Assembly (NCBI GenBank): GCA_964490075.1
Contig: CAZBBK010000004.1
Location: 62,001 to 126,000, forward strand
Direction: 5' to 3'
DNA from: an uncultured Gemmatimonadota bacterium
Lineage (GTDB): Bacteria > GCA-2686955
Length of the DNA: 64,000 bases
Positions 37,397 through 46,637 of this stretch are shown here, one piece after another. The position numbers and the translations under genes were made by a program. Within the stretch, counting starts at the first letter, position 1. Every line of letters starts with the position of its first letter. The notes under the pieces are model-generated. The model saw nothing but the letters and a program-made list of their open reading frames with translations, was not told the DNA's origin and searched no databases.

Positions 37397-39802
37397 ATGA
37401 AAGACGCCGAAGCCCGATCCGACTCGCGCGCGCGATCGTCCCTTCCGGGAATCGCCCTGGCGGCCTTTCTGGTCGCCGGCGGGGTGACGGCGCTGTGGGC
37501 GGCGCCCGCTTTGCGCTGGCCGCGCGGAGTGACGCTGGCCGACTTCCGCTGGACGGCACGGGTCGAGGAGGCCTTCGACGCCGCGCTGCCCTTCCGGGAG
37601 CTGGCGGTCGAGCTCTCGGCGGCTCTCGATTTCGCCCTCTTTGGGCAAGGGGCGCCGGGAGTGGTGCTGGGCGAGGGGGATTGGTTGTTCAGCGCCGAGG
37701 AGCTCGCGACCTACCCGGCGGAGGAGGAGGCGGCGGCGCGCAAGCTCGACCTGGTGGCGCGGGTCGGCGAGCTCTTCGCGGAGCAGGGCGCGGGGCTGGT
37801 GGTCGCGCTGGTGCCCTCCAAGGCGAGGATCTACGACGATTTCCTGGGGCGGCACCGCTTGCCGCGCAGGGTGCGTAATCGCTACCGGGACTATCGATCG
37901 CGGCTGATGGATCGCGGGGTGGAAGTGCCGGATCTTGCGACGCGGATGCGCGACGCGCGCGCCGGCGGCGAGCTCTTCATGCGCGACGACAGCCACTGGA
38001 GCCCGCGCGGAGCCGAGCTGGTGGCGCGGGTGCTGGCCGCGACACTCGACGAGGGGACGACCGGCGCCTGGCGCGGCGGCTCCTTCGTGACCGAGGTGGG
38101 AGAGCCGCGTCCGCACCCGGGAGATCTGACGCGCTTCCTCCCGCTGGGGCGCTTCGCCGGCGCGCTGCGCCCGGCGGCCGAGCCCCTGCGCCCGCGCCGC
38201 ACCACCCCGGCTCCGGGAAGTCCCCAGCCCGGGCTGCTCGATCCGCCCGCGATCCCGGCGGCGCTGGTCGGCACCAGCTACAGCGCCGAGCCGCGGTGGG
38301 ACTTCCCGGGCGCCCTGCGGCGGGCGCTCGGCGCCGACCTGGTGGTGGCGGCGAGGCAGCGAGAGGGTCCCTTCGCCGCGATGCTCGACTACCTGGACGA
38401 CCAGGCCTTGCTGGAGACGCCGCCACGCCTGGTGGTCTGGGAGATGCCGGAGCGGGCGCTGCCGGCGCCCGATGGGTGGGCGGAGCGGCTGACCGAGCGC
38501 CTCGACGCGCTGCGGCGCCGCCGCGCGGGGTTGTCGGAGCTCTGCCCCGAGCTCGGCGACCCGGCCCACTACCAGCGGCCGCAGCTTTCGGCGCTGGCGG
38601 CGGGCGAGCCGGGCTGGCTCTTCCGGGGGCGCGATTTCTGGCAGGGATTCGATCCGGACGCCCCCTTCTTGCCCTATCTCGACCGCCTGGTGCGAGCCTT
38701 CGGCGAGCAGGGCATCACGCTGCTCAGCGCGGTGCTGCCGCCGCGCGCCATGGTCCACCACGAGGCCGCGGGGGCGGCGGCGCCCCCCGACTACTCCGCG
38801 GCGCGGGCCTTCGAGCGCTATCGGGCTTTTCTCGATCGGCTGGGCGCGGCGGGCGCGCGGGCGCCGGAGGTGAAGGAGCTGGCCGGATCGGAGAGCGGGA
38901 CCGGCGAGCCCTTCTACTTCCGCCGCGACCGCCACATGACGCCCACCGGCGGCCGGCGCCTGGCCCGAGCCGTCGCCGCGGCGCTGCGCTCCGATCCGAT
39001 CTACGGCGAGCTGGAACAGGTCGCGTTCGTCTGCGAGGCGCTCGGCGACACCCTCAACGATGGCGGCATGCTGGCGGCGCTGCGGCGGATCTGCGGTGTC
39101 GAGCTGCCCGGCGAGCGTTTCACCCTCTACGACTGCCGCCGCGAAGAACCGCTTGGTCCCGAGTCGTTGCTCGACCTGGCGCCGCCCGAGGTGGTGCTGC
39201 TTGGCAGCAGCAACAGCAACCGCTGGAAGCGCGACGCGGCCCACTTCGCCGGCTCGCTGCGGATGCTGACCAGCCTCGACATCGTCAACCACGCCTTCAA
39301 CGGCGCGGTGAACCTGGTCGCACCGCTGGCCTTCTTCCTCTCCGAGGGCTACCAGATCGAGGGCGAGCGGCCGCGGGTGGTGATCTGGGAGATCTGCCTG
39401 GAGTGCGATGCGCTGCTCGACGTCGATCTCTATCGCCAGCTGATCCCGGCGATCCGGGGCGTGCCGGCGGGAGGCGAGGCGCTGCTCGAGGGATCGGTCC
39501 GGCTCGACGAGGGCCGCCACGCGCTGACGCTGCGCAATGAGGGGCGGCTGCCGATCGCGGGCAGCCGCTGCTTCCTGCTGGTCGAGAGCAGCGATCTCTC
39601 GGTCACGAGCTTCGAGGTCGAGATCGGCTATCGAGGGGGCGGCAGCGATCTGCCGGCACTGGCCCTGCCGCCGCGGGTCGCCAGCAGCGGGCGTTTCTTC
39701 CTGGAGCTGCGCGACGATCTGGAGGAGGTGGTGGAGTCGATTCGGATCGCGGCTCCGCCCGATGCGCGGGGGGTGCTGCGGGCGGCGGTGTTCGGGGACT
39801 GA
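37397..39802 (+). CDS. AlgJ-AlgX fusion (two SGNH-like domains plus C-terminal beta domain)
   Basis: Domain 1: GEGDWLF, VPSKARIY, DSHWSPRG, VGTSYS, WEMPER; domain 2: GWLFRG, DRHMTPTG, LGSSNS, VIWE. Confidence 0.85.
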   Translation: MKDAEARSDSRARSSLPGIALAAFLVAGGVTALWAAPALRWPRGVTLADFRWTARVEEAFDAALPFRELAVELSAALDFALFGQGAPGVVLGEGDWLFSAEELATYPAEEEAAARKLDLVARVGELFAEQGAGLVVALVPSKARIYDDFLGRHRLPRRVRNRYRDYRSRLMDRGVEVPDLATRMRDARAGGELFMRDDSHWSPRGAELVARVLAATLDEGTTGAWRGGSFVTEVGEPRPHPGDLTRFLPLGRFAGALRPAAEPLRPRRTTPAPGSPQPGLLDPPAIPAALVGTSYSAEPRWDFPGALRRALGADLVVAARQREGPFAAMLDYLDDQALLETPPRLVVWEMPERALPAPDGWAERLTERLDALRRRRAGLSELCPELGDPAHYQRPQLSALAAGEPGWLFRGRDFWQGFDPDAPFLPYLDRLVRAFGEQGITLLSAVLPPRAMVHHEAAGAAAPPDYSAARAFERYRAFLDRLGAAGARAPEVKELAGSESGTGEPFYFRRDRHMTPTGGRRLARAVAAALRSDPIYGELEQVAFVCEALGDTLNDGGMLAALRRICGVELPGERFTLYDCRREEPLGPESLLDLAPPEVVLLGSSNSNRWKRDAAHFAGSLRMLTSLDIVNHAFNGAVNLVAPLAFFLSEGYQIEGERPRVVIWEICLECDALLDVDLYRQLIPAIRGVPAGGEALLEGSVRLDEGRHALTLRNEGRLPIAGSRCFLLVESSDLSVTSFEVEIGYRGGGSDLPALALPPRVASSGRFFLELRDDLEEVVESIRIAAPPDARGVLRAAVFGD

Positions 39803-39808
39803 TCGGTC

Positions 39809-41269
39809 CTACCTTCTCGGCGTCGTTCCACGGAATCCGCGCGGGACGGATCCGCCGGTCACCGCTTCCAGCGCATCGAGCATCTCGGCCGCGCGCTCGG
39901 GCCGGGTGGCCGCCAGGTCGTGCTCTTCGGCGGGGTCGGCGGCGAGATCGAAGAGGCGGGGAGGGGCGATTTCGCTGCTGAGCAGCTTCCATCGACCGTC
40001 GTAAAGGGCCCACAGGCGCCGGGTCCAGGGAGTGGGGTCCATGCCCGGCGGGGCCGATTCCATGACGCAGCGCGGAACTCTGAAGTCGTTCATGTAGAGG
40101 GCCATCCGGGCGCGCGCGGGGTTGGTGGCGAGCAATGGCCTTCCCCCCCCCTTCCCCAACGGAGGGGATGCGACTCCGGCCAGCTCCAGGAGCGTGGGGA
40201 AGAGGTCGTGCACCATCACCGGGTCGGCGCTGCGTCCGGGCTCGGGATCGCGAGGCAGGCGCAGAACGAGGGGGACGCGCAAGAGCGGCTCATAGAGGGA
40301 GTAGCGGTGGTCGAGCAGGCCGTGCTCGCCGAGATGCTCGCCGTGGTCGGAGGTGAGCACCACGACGGTGTTGTCGAGGTCGCCGCGCCCCTGGAGATCG
40401 CCGATGAGCTGCTCCAGGAGCTGATCGAGCTCGGCGCAGGCGGCGTCGTAGGTCTTGGCGATCAGGGCGATCTGGGAAGGAGCGAGGGGCTGGAGGCCGA
40501 AGACGTGGGACCAGCGGCGCGACCAGGACTGGTCCTGGGTGCGGGATGCGGCCACTTCGGAGGCGCTCATGACGCGGGCGCGCAGGGAGTCGGGCGGCAG
40601 CAGGGGATGGTGGGCCTCCATGTAGTTCAGGAAGGCGAACCAGGGGCCGGCGGCGGGGCGGCGGTCGAGCCAATCGAGCAGGCCGACGCGGGCCAGGCGC
40701 CCGCCCATGCGCAGATCCTGGTCGGTCTCGGTGCCCTGGCGGAGGCGCTCGGCGACGCCGGTGCGGCTGTCGCCGCCGCGCACCTTGCGGGCCAGCGCGG
40801 CGCGGGCCTGGGGGCGGTGGCGAGGGTCCCAGGGGTGCTCGACCCGCGCGAAGCCCTGCGCCATGTTGGTGGCGGCACCGACCAGGGGATTGGCGGAGAA
40901 GAGGTAGGTCTGGTAGCCGGCGGCGGTGAGGCGTTCGGCGAGGGTCTCGAAGCGCTCGTCGAGGTGCGGGGTGGCGTGGCTGGCGTCGTGCTCGGAGGGG
41001 ATCAGGCCGGTGAAGAGCGAGGCGTGCGCCGGGACGGTCGAAGGGGCGGCGGAGATGCAGTCGTCGTAGACGCGCGCGTCCTGAGCCCAGCGGTCGAGGA
41101 AGGGGGTGGTGGGGGCGGTGCAGCCGTAGAGGCCGAGGCGATCGGCGCGCACGGTGTCCCAGAGGACGACCAGGATGTTGGGGGGCGGCGCGGGATCGGG
41201 GGCGGCGCAGGCGCTGACGCAGGTGCAGGTGCAGACGAGGGCCAGGAGGAGGGCGGGGCGGCGGATCAT
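39809..41269 (-). CDS. Sulfatase-like hydrolase/transferase
   Basis: VSAC lipobox-like, WDTVRADR, TVPAHASLFTG, NYMEAH, TSDHGE, FDLAADPAE. Confidence 0.9.
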   Translation of the reverse strand: MIRRPALLLALVCTCTCVSACAAPDPAPPPNILVVLWDTVRADRLGLYGCTAPTTPFLDRWAQDARVYDDCISAAPSTVPAHASLFTGLIPSEHDASHATPHLDERFETLAERLTAAGYQTYLFSANPLVGAATNMAQGFARVEHPWDPRHRPQARAALARKVRGGDSRTGVAERLRQGTETDQDLRMGGRLARVGLLDWLDRRPAAGPWFAFLNYMEAHHPLLPPDSLRARVMSASEVAASRTQDQSWSRRWSHVFGLQPLAPSQIALIAKTYDAACAELDQLLEQLIGDLQGRGDLDNTVVVLTSDHGEHLGEHGLLDHRYSLYEPLLRVPLVLRLPRDPEPGRSADPVMVHDLFPTLLELAGVASPPLGKGGGRPLLATNPARARMALYMNDFRVPRCVMESAPPGMDPTPWTRRLWALYDGRWKLLSSEIAPPRLFDLAADPAEEHDLAATRPERAAEMLDALEAVTGGSVPRGFRGTTPRR

Positions 41270-41357
41270 GAGAGGGCAGTGTAGGGACACGCCGCGTGTG
41301 ACGGGTAGGATGGGTTGGTCCGAAGCTCTTCACCAGCAACACAGGCGACCCCACCCC

Positions 41358-43283
41358 GTGGAGCTCAGCAGCGCCCTCATCACGCACGCCGCCCTGGCCT
41401 GGCTGGCCGCGCGCCTGGCCGACCGGGTGGTGGCGCGCTCGGCGGCGGCGAGCTGGCTGCTGGCCTGGTTGACGCTGGTGGCGGTGCTGCCGGCGCTGCT
41501 GCTGATCGCGCTCTCGTGGGTGGCGCCGGTCGGAGCGCGTGGGGTCGGGGGGGCGCTGGCGGTCGCCATCGGCCTGGAGCTGGCGGCGCGGCGTTTCTGG
41601 GGGATGGGCGCGGCCGCGGAGGGGGCAGCAGCGGCGGGGAAATGGACGCGAAGCGAGGTGGGCGCGCTGGGTCTGCTGCTCGCGCTGGTGGTGGCCTGGA
41701 TGCTGCACGCCGCCCTGAGCGGGCCGAGCCTGGTCTGGGACGACCTCTCCTACCACGCGGCGCTGCCGGCGTTCTGGCGAACGAGCGGCTCCCTCGCGCT
41801 GCCACCCTTCACCTACCAGGCCTACTACCCGGCGCACTCCGAGCTGGTCGCACTGTGGTTTCTGCTGCCGGCCGGGGAGCTCGCGCACACCAAGGTGCTG
41901 GAGCTCCTGTGGCCGGTGCTTGGGGCGGCGGCGATCGTGCGCCTCGGCGCGGCGGTGGGGGGAGGACGGGCGGCGGCGAGTCTGGCGGCGGCCGCCTTCC
42001 TGGTGAGCGACGGGGTGGTGGGGGCGGCGGCGACCTTCTGCGGCTCCGACCTGGCGCCGGTCGCGCTGGCGCTGGCGGGTCTGGCCTGGGCGGTGCCGGT
42101 GGCGGGGACGGGGGAGCGGCGCGGCGCGAGGGTGGCGCTGGCCGGGCTGGCGGCGGGGGCCGCCCTGGGTGCCAAGGTGTCGATGGCTCCGGCGCTGCTC
42201 GCCGCGGTCGCCCTGGTGCTGGCGGACGCCGATCGTTCGGGTCGAATGAGGACCGGGATGCGCTTCGCGGCGGCGGCGCTGGCGGCGGGGGGCCTTTGCT
42301 ACCTGCGCAACCTGCTGCTCACCGGCAACCCGGTGTTCCCGGCGGCCTTGGGGCCCTTGTCGGGGCCCCTGGACGGGCCGATTCGACTCGCCACCAGCAT
42401 CGCCGGCGCGCTGCTGAGGCCGAACGCCGAGATCGCCATCTGGAGCGACGTGCTGCGTCCCGCGCTGAGCTGGCCGGCGGCGATCGCCGCCCTGGCGGCC
42501 GCCGGTTGGATCGCGTCGGGATCGGGACGAGTAGCGGGGGGCGTCGCCGACCCGGAAGCGACCCGACGCCTGCGCCGCGTGTTGGGGGCGACGGCGCTCG
42601 CCGGCCTGGTGCTCTTTCCGCTGCTGCCCTTCTCGGGCACGGTGAACCGGCCAAACGCCGACTTCCACCTGGCGCGCCGCTACGCCCTGCTGCCGATCGC
42701 CCTCGGCCTGGCGCTCTACCCGGCCTGGCGTCCGACCCGCCCCTTGCTGGCACGGATCGCCCTGATCCTGCCTTTGCTGGCCATGCTCAGCGCCCTGCCC
42801 CGAGCGTGGCGCGAAGGCTTCGGCCGCAGACACGCCGATCCCTATCTGCTTTTCGAGGGCGCGCGCCCGATCGCCGCGGCCTGGCGCGCGCTCGACACGC
42901 TGCCAGCGGGTGCCCGGATCGCCTGCTTCAATCGACTGCCCGCCAGCCACGCCCAGTACTTCCCGCTCTTCGGACCGGCGCTCGACCTGGTGCCGGTGGC
43001 GTTGGACCGCGATGGAGCGCCAGCACGGCCGCTGCACGAGAGCTGGCGCGAGGATCCGCGGCGTGGGTGGTGGGACGATTTCGAGGACGAGGAGCGAGGG
43101 AGCAGCGCCGGGCTGATCGAGAGGCTGCGGGAGAGCGCGGTCGACTTCGTGCTGGTGAGCCGCTGGGATCGACCGCCCGGCGACGACTGGCCGGTCCAGC
43201 GCGCCGAGCTGGCGGGTCTGCCGGACGATCGCCGGGTTTACCGCGACGGTTACTCCGAGATATGGGATCTGCGCGGGCTCTAG
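41358..43283 (+). CDS. Polytopic membrane protein, GT-C (ArnT/PMT)-like
   Basis: Many hydrophobic helices; WDDLSYH, YPAHSEL, YLRNLLLTGNPVFP; start inferred. Confidence 0.7.
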   Translation: MELSSALITHAALAWLAARLADRVVARSAAASWLLAWLTLVAVLPALLLIALSWVAPVGARGVGGALAVAIGLELAARRFWGMGAAAEGAAAAGKWTRSEVGALGLLLALVVAWMLHAALSGPSLVWDDLSYHAALPAFWRTSGSLALPPFTYQAYYPAHSELVALWFLLPAGELAHTKVLELLWPVLGAAAIVRLGAAVGGGRAAASLAAAAFLVSDGVVGAAATFCGSDLAPVALALAGLAWAVPVAGTGERRGARVALAGLAAGAALGAKVSMAPALLAAVALVLADADRSGRMRTGMRFAAAALAAGGLCYLRNLLLTGNPVFPAALGPLSGPLDGPIRLATSIAGALLRPNAEIAIWSDVLRPALSWPAAIAALAAAGWIASGSGRVAGGVADPEATRRLRRVLGATALAGLVLFPLLPFSGTVNRPNADFHLARRYALLPIALGLALYPAWRPTRPLLARIALILPLLAMLSALPRAWREGFGRRHADPYLLFEGARPIAAAWRALDTLPAGARIACFNRLPASHAQYFPLFGPALDLVPVALDRDGAPARPLHESWREDPRRGWWDDFEDEERGSSAGLIERLRESAVDFVLVSRWDRPPGDDWPVQRAELAGLPDDRRVYRDGYSEIWDLRGL

Positions 43284-44431
43284 AAGAACTCTCCTCCCCA
43301 GAGCGCATCCAGAAAATCCGCGACGCCGAGGATTTCGATGCCGTCTTCGGTGCGCCGGCTGAGTGGGTCCAGGCTGACGACCACGCGACGCCCGATCGCG
43401 GGATGCTCCTTGGCGATCTCCCGCAGACCTTTCAGGTGCGCGGCGCGCAGGTTCGCGGACGACTTGCACTCGACGACACATTCCAGGTCATTGACCACGA
43501 AGTCGACCTCCGTGCCGGTGCTCAAGCGCCAGAAGCTGAGCTCGGCAAATCGCCCGCGGTAGGCATTGTAGCAACACAATTCATGATGGACCCAGTTCTC
43601 GAAGGCCTTCCCGAAAAGCTCCGAGCCTTGCTGCAGGGTGCCCCTTCGGGCGAGGAAGTTCACGACTCCGACGTCGTGGAAGTAGAGCTTGTCCGCCAGT
43701 GAGAGACGTCGCTTCGGACGCTTGCGATAGGGGGGCAACATGCGGGCAATCAGTGTGTCGCACAGGATCTCGAAGTAACCACGCACCGTTTCCCGAGACA
43801 CTCCCAGCTCCCGCGCGATGCTCGTATGGTGGACCTGTTCAGTATCTGTCAGTGCCGCCGCATGCAGAAATCTCGAGAAAGGGGGCAGACGGCGCACCAA
43901 GCCCTCCGCCATCACCTCCTCTTTGAGGTAGTCCGCCACGTAGGCATTCAGCAAACGCCGAGGTTGGTTGCTGAGGTAGAGGCGGGGAAGGGTGCCGTGG
44001 TTGAGCATGCGAACCAGGTCGAACGATTCCGCCAGCTCGTGCGCCGATAGCCCGCGCAGCTCATAGCGGATTGCCCGTCCGCCGAGGAGGTTTCCGTGTC
44101 CCCGTTTCAGCTTCCGCGCACTGGAGCCGCATAGAGCGAAGTGCACGCCTCGGTTCTCGTGCAACCAGTGCACTTCGTCGAGAAGACCCGGCGCCTTCTG
44201 CACTTCGTCCACGACCACGAAGCGCGCGCCGCTGCGGGCCAGCTCTTCTCGCAAGAGCTCGGGATTCGTCGCGTAGCGCCGCAGCACCTCGGACTTGAGC
44301 AGGTCGATCCACAGCGCATTCGGGAACAGCCCGCGCAGCAGCGTGCTCTTGCCCGACTGCCGGGGTCCCCAGAGGAAAAAGGTCTCGGTGCCGGCGGGCG
44401 GGAGGCGTAGATTCCTGATGATATTCGCCAT
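43280..44431 (-). CDS. AAA+ ATPase with DUF4143-type C-terminal domain
   Basis: GPRQSGKST, VVDEVQK, GSSARKL, LLGGRA, KLYFHDVG, EVDFV...VECK. Confidence 0.9.
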   Translation of the reverse strand: MANIIRNLRLPPAGTETFFLWGPRQSGKSTLLRGLFPNALWIDLLKSEVLRRYATNPELLREELARSGARFVVVDEVQKAPGLLDEVHWLHENRGVHFALCGSSARKLKRGHGNLLGGRAIRYELRGLSAHELAESFDLVRMLNHGTLPRLYLSNQPRRLLNAYVADYLKEEVMAEGLVRRLPPFSRFLHAAALTDTEQVHHTSIARELGVSRETVRGYFEILCDTLIARMLPPYRKRPKRRLSLADKLYFHDVGVVNFLARRGTLQQGSELFGKAFENWVHHELCCYNAYRGRFAELSFWRLSTGTEVDFVVNDLECVVECKSSANLRAAHLKGLREIAKEHPAIGRRVVVSLDPLSRRTEDGIEILGVADFLDALWGGEFF

Positions 44432-44441
44432 GATATCTTGC

Positions 44442-44469
44442 ATATTACATGTAAATCGCAAGTTGTCAA
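44442..44469 (-). promoter_or_regulatory. Putative sigma70 promoter of the ATPase gene
   Basis: Minus strand TTGACA-16 nt-TAATAT, 10 nt before the ATG, in an AT-rich patch with TGCATATT/AATATGCA inverted repeat. Confidence 0.55.
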
Positions 44470-44631
44470 TGGAATATGCACCGAGATCTCGGGGCCGGGA
44501 CGCAGGCGTAGTAGAGCTACGTTGAGCATCAAATCGGCGCGAGCAACGAAGGACAAGGCCAAGAGGCGCGTGGCGGATCATGGCAGGCGTTTCCCGTTGC
44601 GATGCAAGGCTTTCATCGCTACGGAGGCGAA

Positions 44632-46002
44632 TCAGGGCAGGTAGCCCAGCGTGCGCAGCGCCTCGGCGGCCGCCGGATCGGGGTGGGAGTCGGGGGTGTC
44701 GGTTGCGGGGAGAGCGGCGCCGCGATGGGTGGCGAGGGTGCGCTCCAGAGTGCCGATCAGCTCGCTCAGGAGATCGCGCTTCGAGTCGAGGGCGGCCAGG
44801 TCGCGCAGCTCTAGCGGGTCGAGCGCCAGGTCGTAGAGCTGGTGGCGGCCGTCGGCGCCCCAGATCAGCTTCTGATCGCCCCGCACCAGGGCGCGGATCC
44901 TGCGGTCGTGCCGGGCCAGGGCTGGATGGCGCGGCTCCGGTCCGTGGGCCCGCAGGGCCTGCACGGGACGGTAGTACTCGCAGAGCGAGACACGCTCCGC
45001 GGCCGCCGGCCCGGCGGCCAGGTCGATGCCCTGGGAGGGGGCGTCGAGCCCGGCGAGGTGCAGAATGGTCGGGAAGAGGTCGAGGAGCTGGACCGGTGTG
45101 GAATCGCGGGAGCCGGGCTCGAAACGGGGCGGATGGCGGATCAGGAGGGGGATCCGCAGGGTGCTCTCGTAGAGGCTGAAGACGTGCCCGACGTGGCCGT
45201 GGTCGCCGAGGTTCTCACCGTGGTCGGAGGTGACGATGAAGGCGCAGCGGTCCCAGCGCCGCCGCTCCCGCAGCCGGTCGGCGATCGCTCCCACGGTCTG
45301 GTCCACGCGGCGGATCTCGGCATCGTAGAGCTCGCCCATGTGGCGCAGCTCGGCGGCGGAGTAGCGGCGCCGCCCTTCGTAGAACGCGATCCGATTCGGT
45401 CCGTCGAGAGAGATCGAGGGGTCGCTGAGAAATATGTCTCGATGGTCGCCCGAGGAGTCGTAGGGTCCGTGGGCGCCGTTCAGGTTGATGAAGAGGAAGA
45501 GCGGCTGGACGGGGTCGAGCTCGCCGAGCAGGGTCGAGAGGCGCTCCAGGGTGCGGGTCCCCGAGATCTCTCCTCGGGGATCGGCCCAGATCTGGTCCCA
45601 GCTTTCGAAGCCCTGATGAAAACCGTTGGCCTCGCGCAGCACCACATTTTCGACGATCCCGAGGGTGGTGTAGCCAGCGGCGGACAGCCTCTCGGCCAGG
45701 GTGTGGGCGGTCTCCGGCAAGTGCCACGATTCCTGCGTGGTGCGGTGGGCGACCGGGTAGAGACCGGTGAAGAGCGAGGCGTGCGCCGGCGCGGTCCAGC
45801 TCGAGACCGAGCGCGCTCCGTCGAAGACCCGCGACTCGGCGGCCAGGGCGCGCAGCGCGGGACTGGTGTCGCGCGGGTAGCCGTAGAGCGAGAGGTGGTC
45901 GCGGCGCACGGTGTCCATCACGACGAGCACGATATCGGGCCGCTCGGCGAAGGCCGCGCTGCAGCCGAGCGCCAGCATGAGGCCGCGGATCAGAGCCTGC
46001 AT
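44632..46002 (-). CDS. Sulfatase-like hydrolase/transferase
   Basis: Signal peptide, MDTVRRDH, WTAPAHASLFTG, TSDHGE, LRTLGYL. Confidence 0.9.
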   Translation of the reverse strand: MQALIRGLMLALGCSAAFAERPDIVLVVMDTVRRDHLSLYGYPRDTSPALRALAAESRVFDGARSVSSWTAPAHASLFTGLYPVAHRTTQESWHLPETAHTLAERLSAAGYTTLGIVENVVLREANGFHQGFESWDQIWADPRGEISGTRTLERLSTLLGELDPVQPLFLFINLNGAHGPYDSSGDHRDIFLSDPSISLDGPNRIAFYEGRRRYSAAELRHMGELYDAEIRRVDQTVGAIADRLRERRRWDRCAFIVTSDHGENLGDHGHVGHVFSLYESTLRIPLLIRHPPRFEPGSRDSTPVQLLDLFPTILHLAGLDAPSQGIDLAAGPAAAERVSLCEYYRPVQALRAHGPEPRHPALARHDRRIRALVRGDQKLIWGADGRHQLYDLALDPLELRDLAALDSKRDLLSELIGTLERTLATHRGAALPATDTPDSHPDPAAAEALRTLGYLP

Positions 46003-46106
46003 GGGGACATCCTCGTCGCGAATCGCCGGGGATCGGCGATTCGGGTAGAGTCTACGCGAGACGCTGGCCCGACCATTCCGCCCCCCGAACGAGAAGAGTG
46101 TCGATC

Positions 46107-46637
46107 ATGAGAATCGCCCACGCACGCAAGCGACTCCTGGCCCTTACCGGGTGCTGGCTCTGGCTGGGCGCGGTGGGGCCCGCGCCGGCCCAGACCGCGA
46201 CGGCTGCGGAAGAGCGGGCGGAGGCGCAGTCCGAAGACGCGCTGAAGATGGAGGCAAAGGCGGTTTGGGACCGCTGGGTGGCGCTGACCGAAGCGCACGA
46301 TCCGGAGGTCGCCGAGCTCTACGCCGAGGACGCGGTGCTGATCCGCGTCCAGAGGCTGCCCGACGGCACCCAGAGCACTTCGGAGACCGCGGCCTCCGAG
46401 CTCCGGCCGACGCTGACCCGGACCCTGAAAGCGGCCCGCAAGGCCGGCTACCACGCCACCTACGCCGAGGTGCGCCTGCGCGTGGAGGAGAAGGGCGTGA
46501 AGATCGACGCGACGCGGGTGGTGGCGGCGGAGAACCAGCGCCTGCCCCATTCCTGGTTCATGGTCCCCGACCAGGGCGGCAGCTGGAAGATCCAGACCGA
46601 GTGGTTCTCGACGGCTCATGCGCCGGGGGGCGACTAG
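46107..46637 (+). CDS. Secreted NTF2/SnoaL-like protein
   Basis: Signal peptide; W...HD..VAELYAEDAV and terminal GSWKI..E pattern. Confidence 0.55.
   Translation: MRIAHARKRLLALTGCWLWLGAVGPAPAQTATAAEERAEAQSEDALKMEAKAVWDRWVALTEAHDPEVAELYAEDAVLIRVQRLPDGTQSTSETAASELRPTLTRTLKAARKAGYHATYAEVRLRVEEKGVKIDATRVVAAENQRLPHSWFMVPDQGGSWKIQTEWFSTAHAPGGD

Noticed and set aside
43280-46637. Two convergent gene pairs each share a CTAG carrying both stop codons (43280-43283 and 46634-46637)
   Set aside because: A 4-bp stop overlap is a common convergent arrangement and gives no evidence of insertion target duplication
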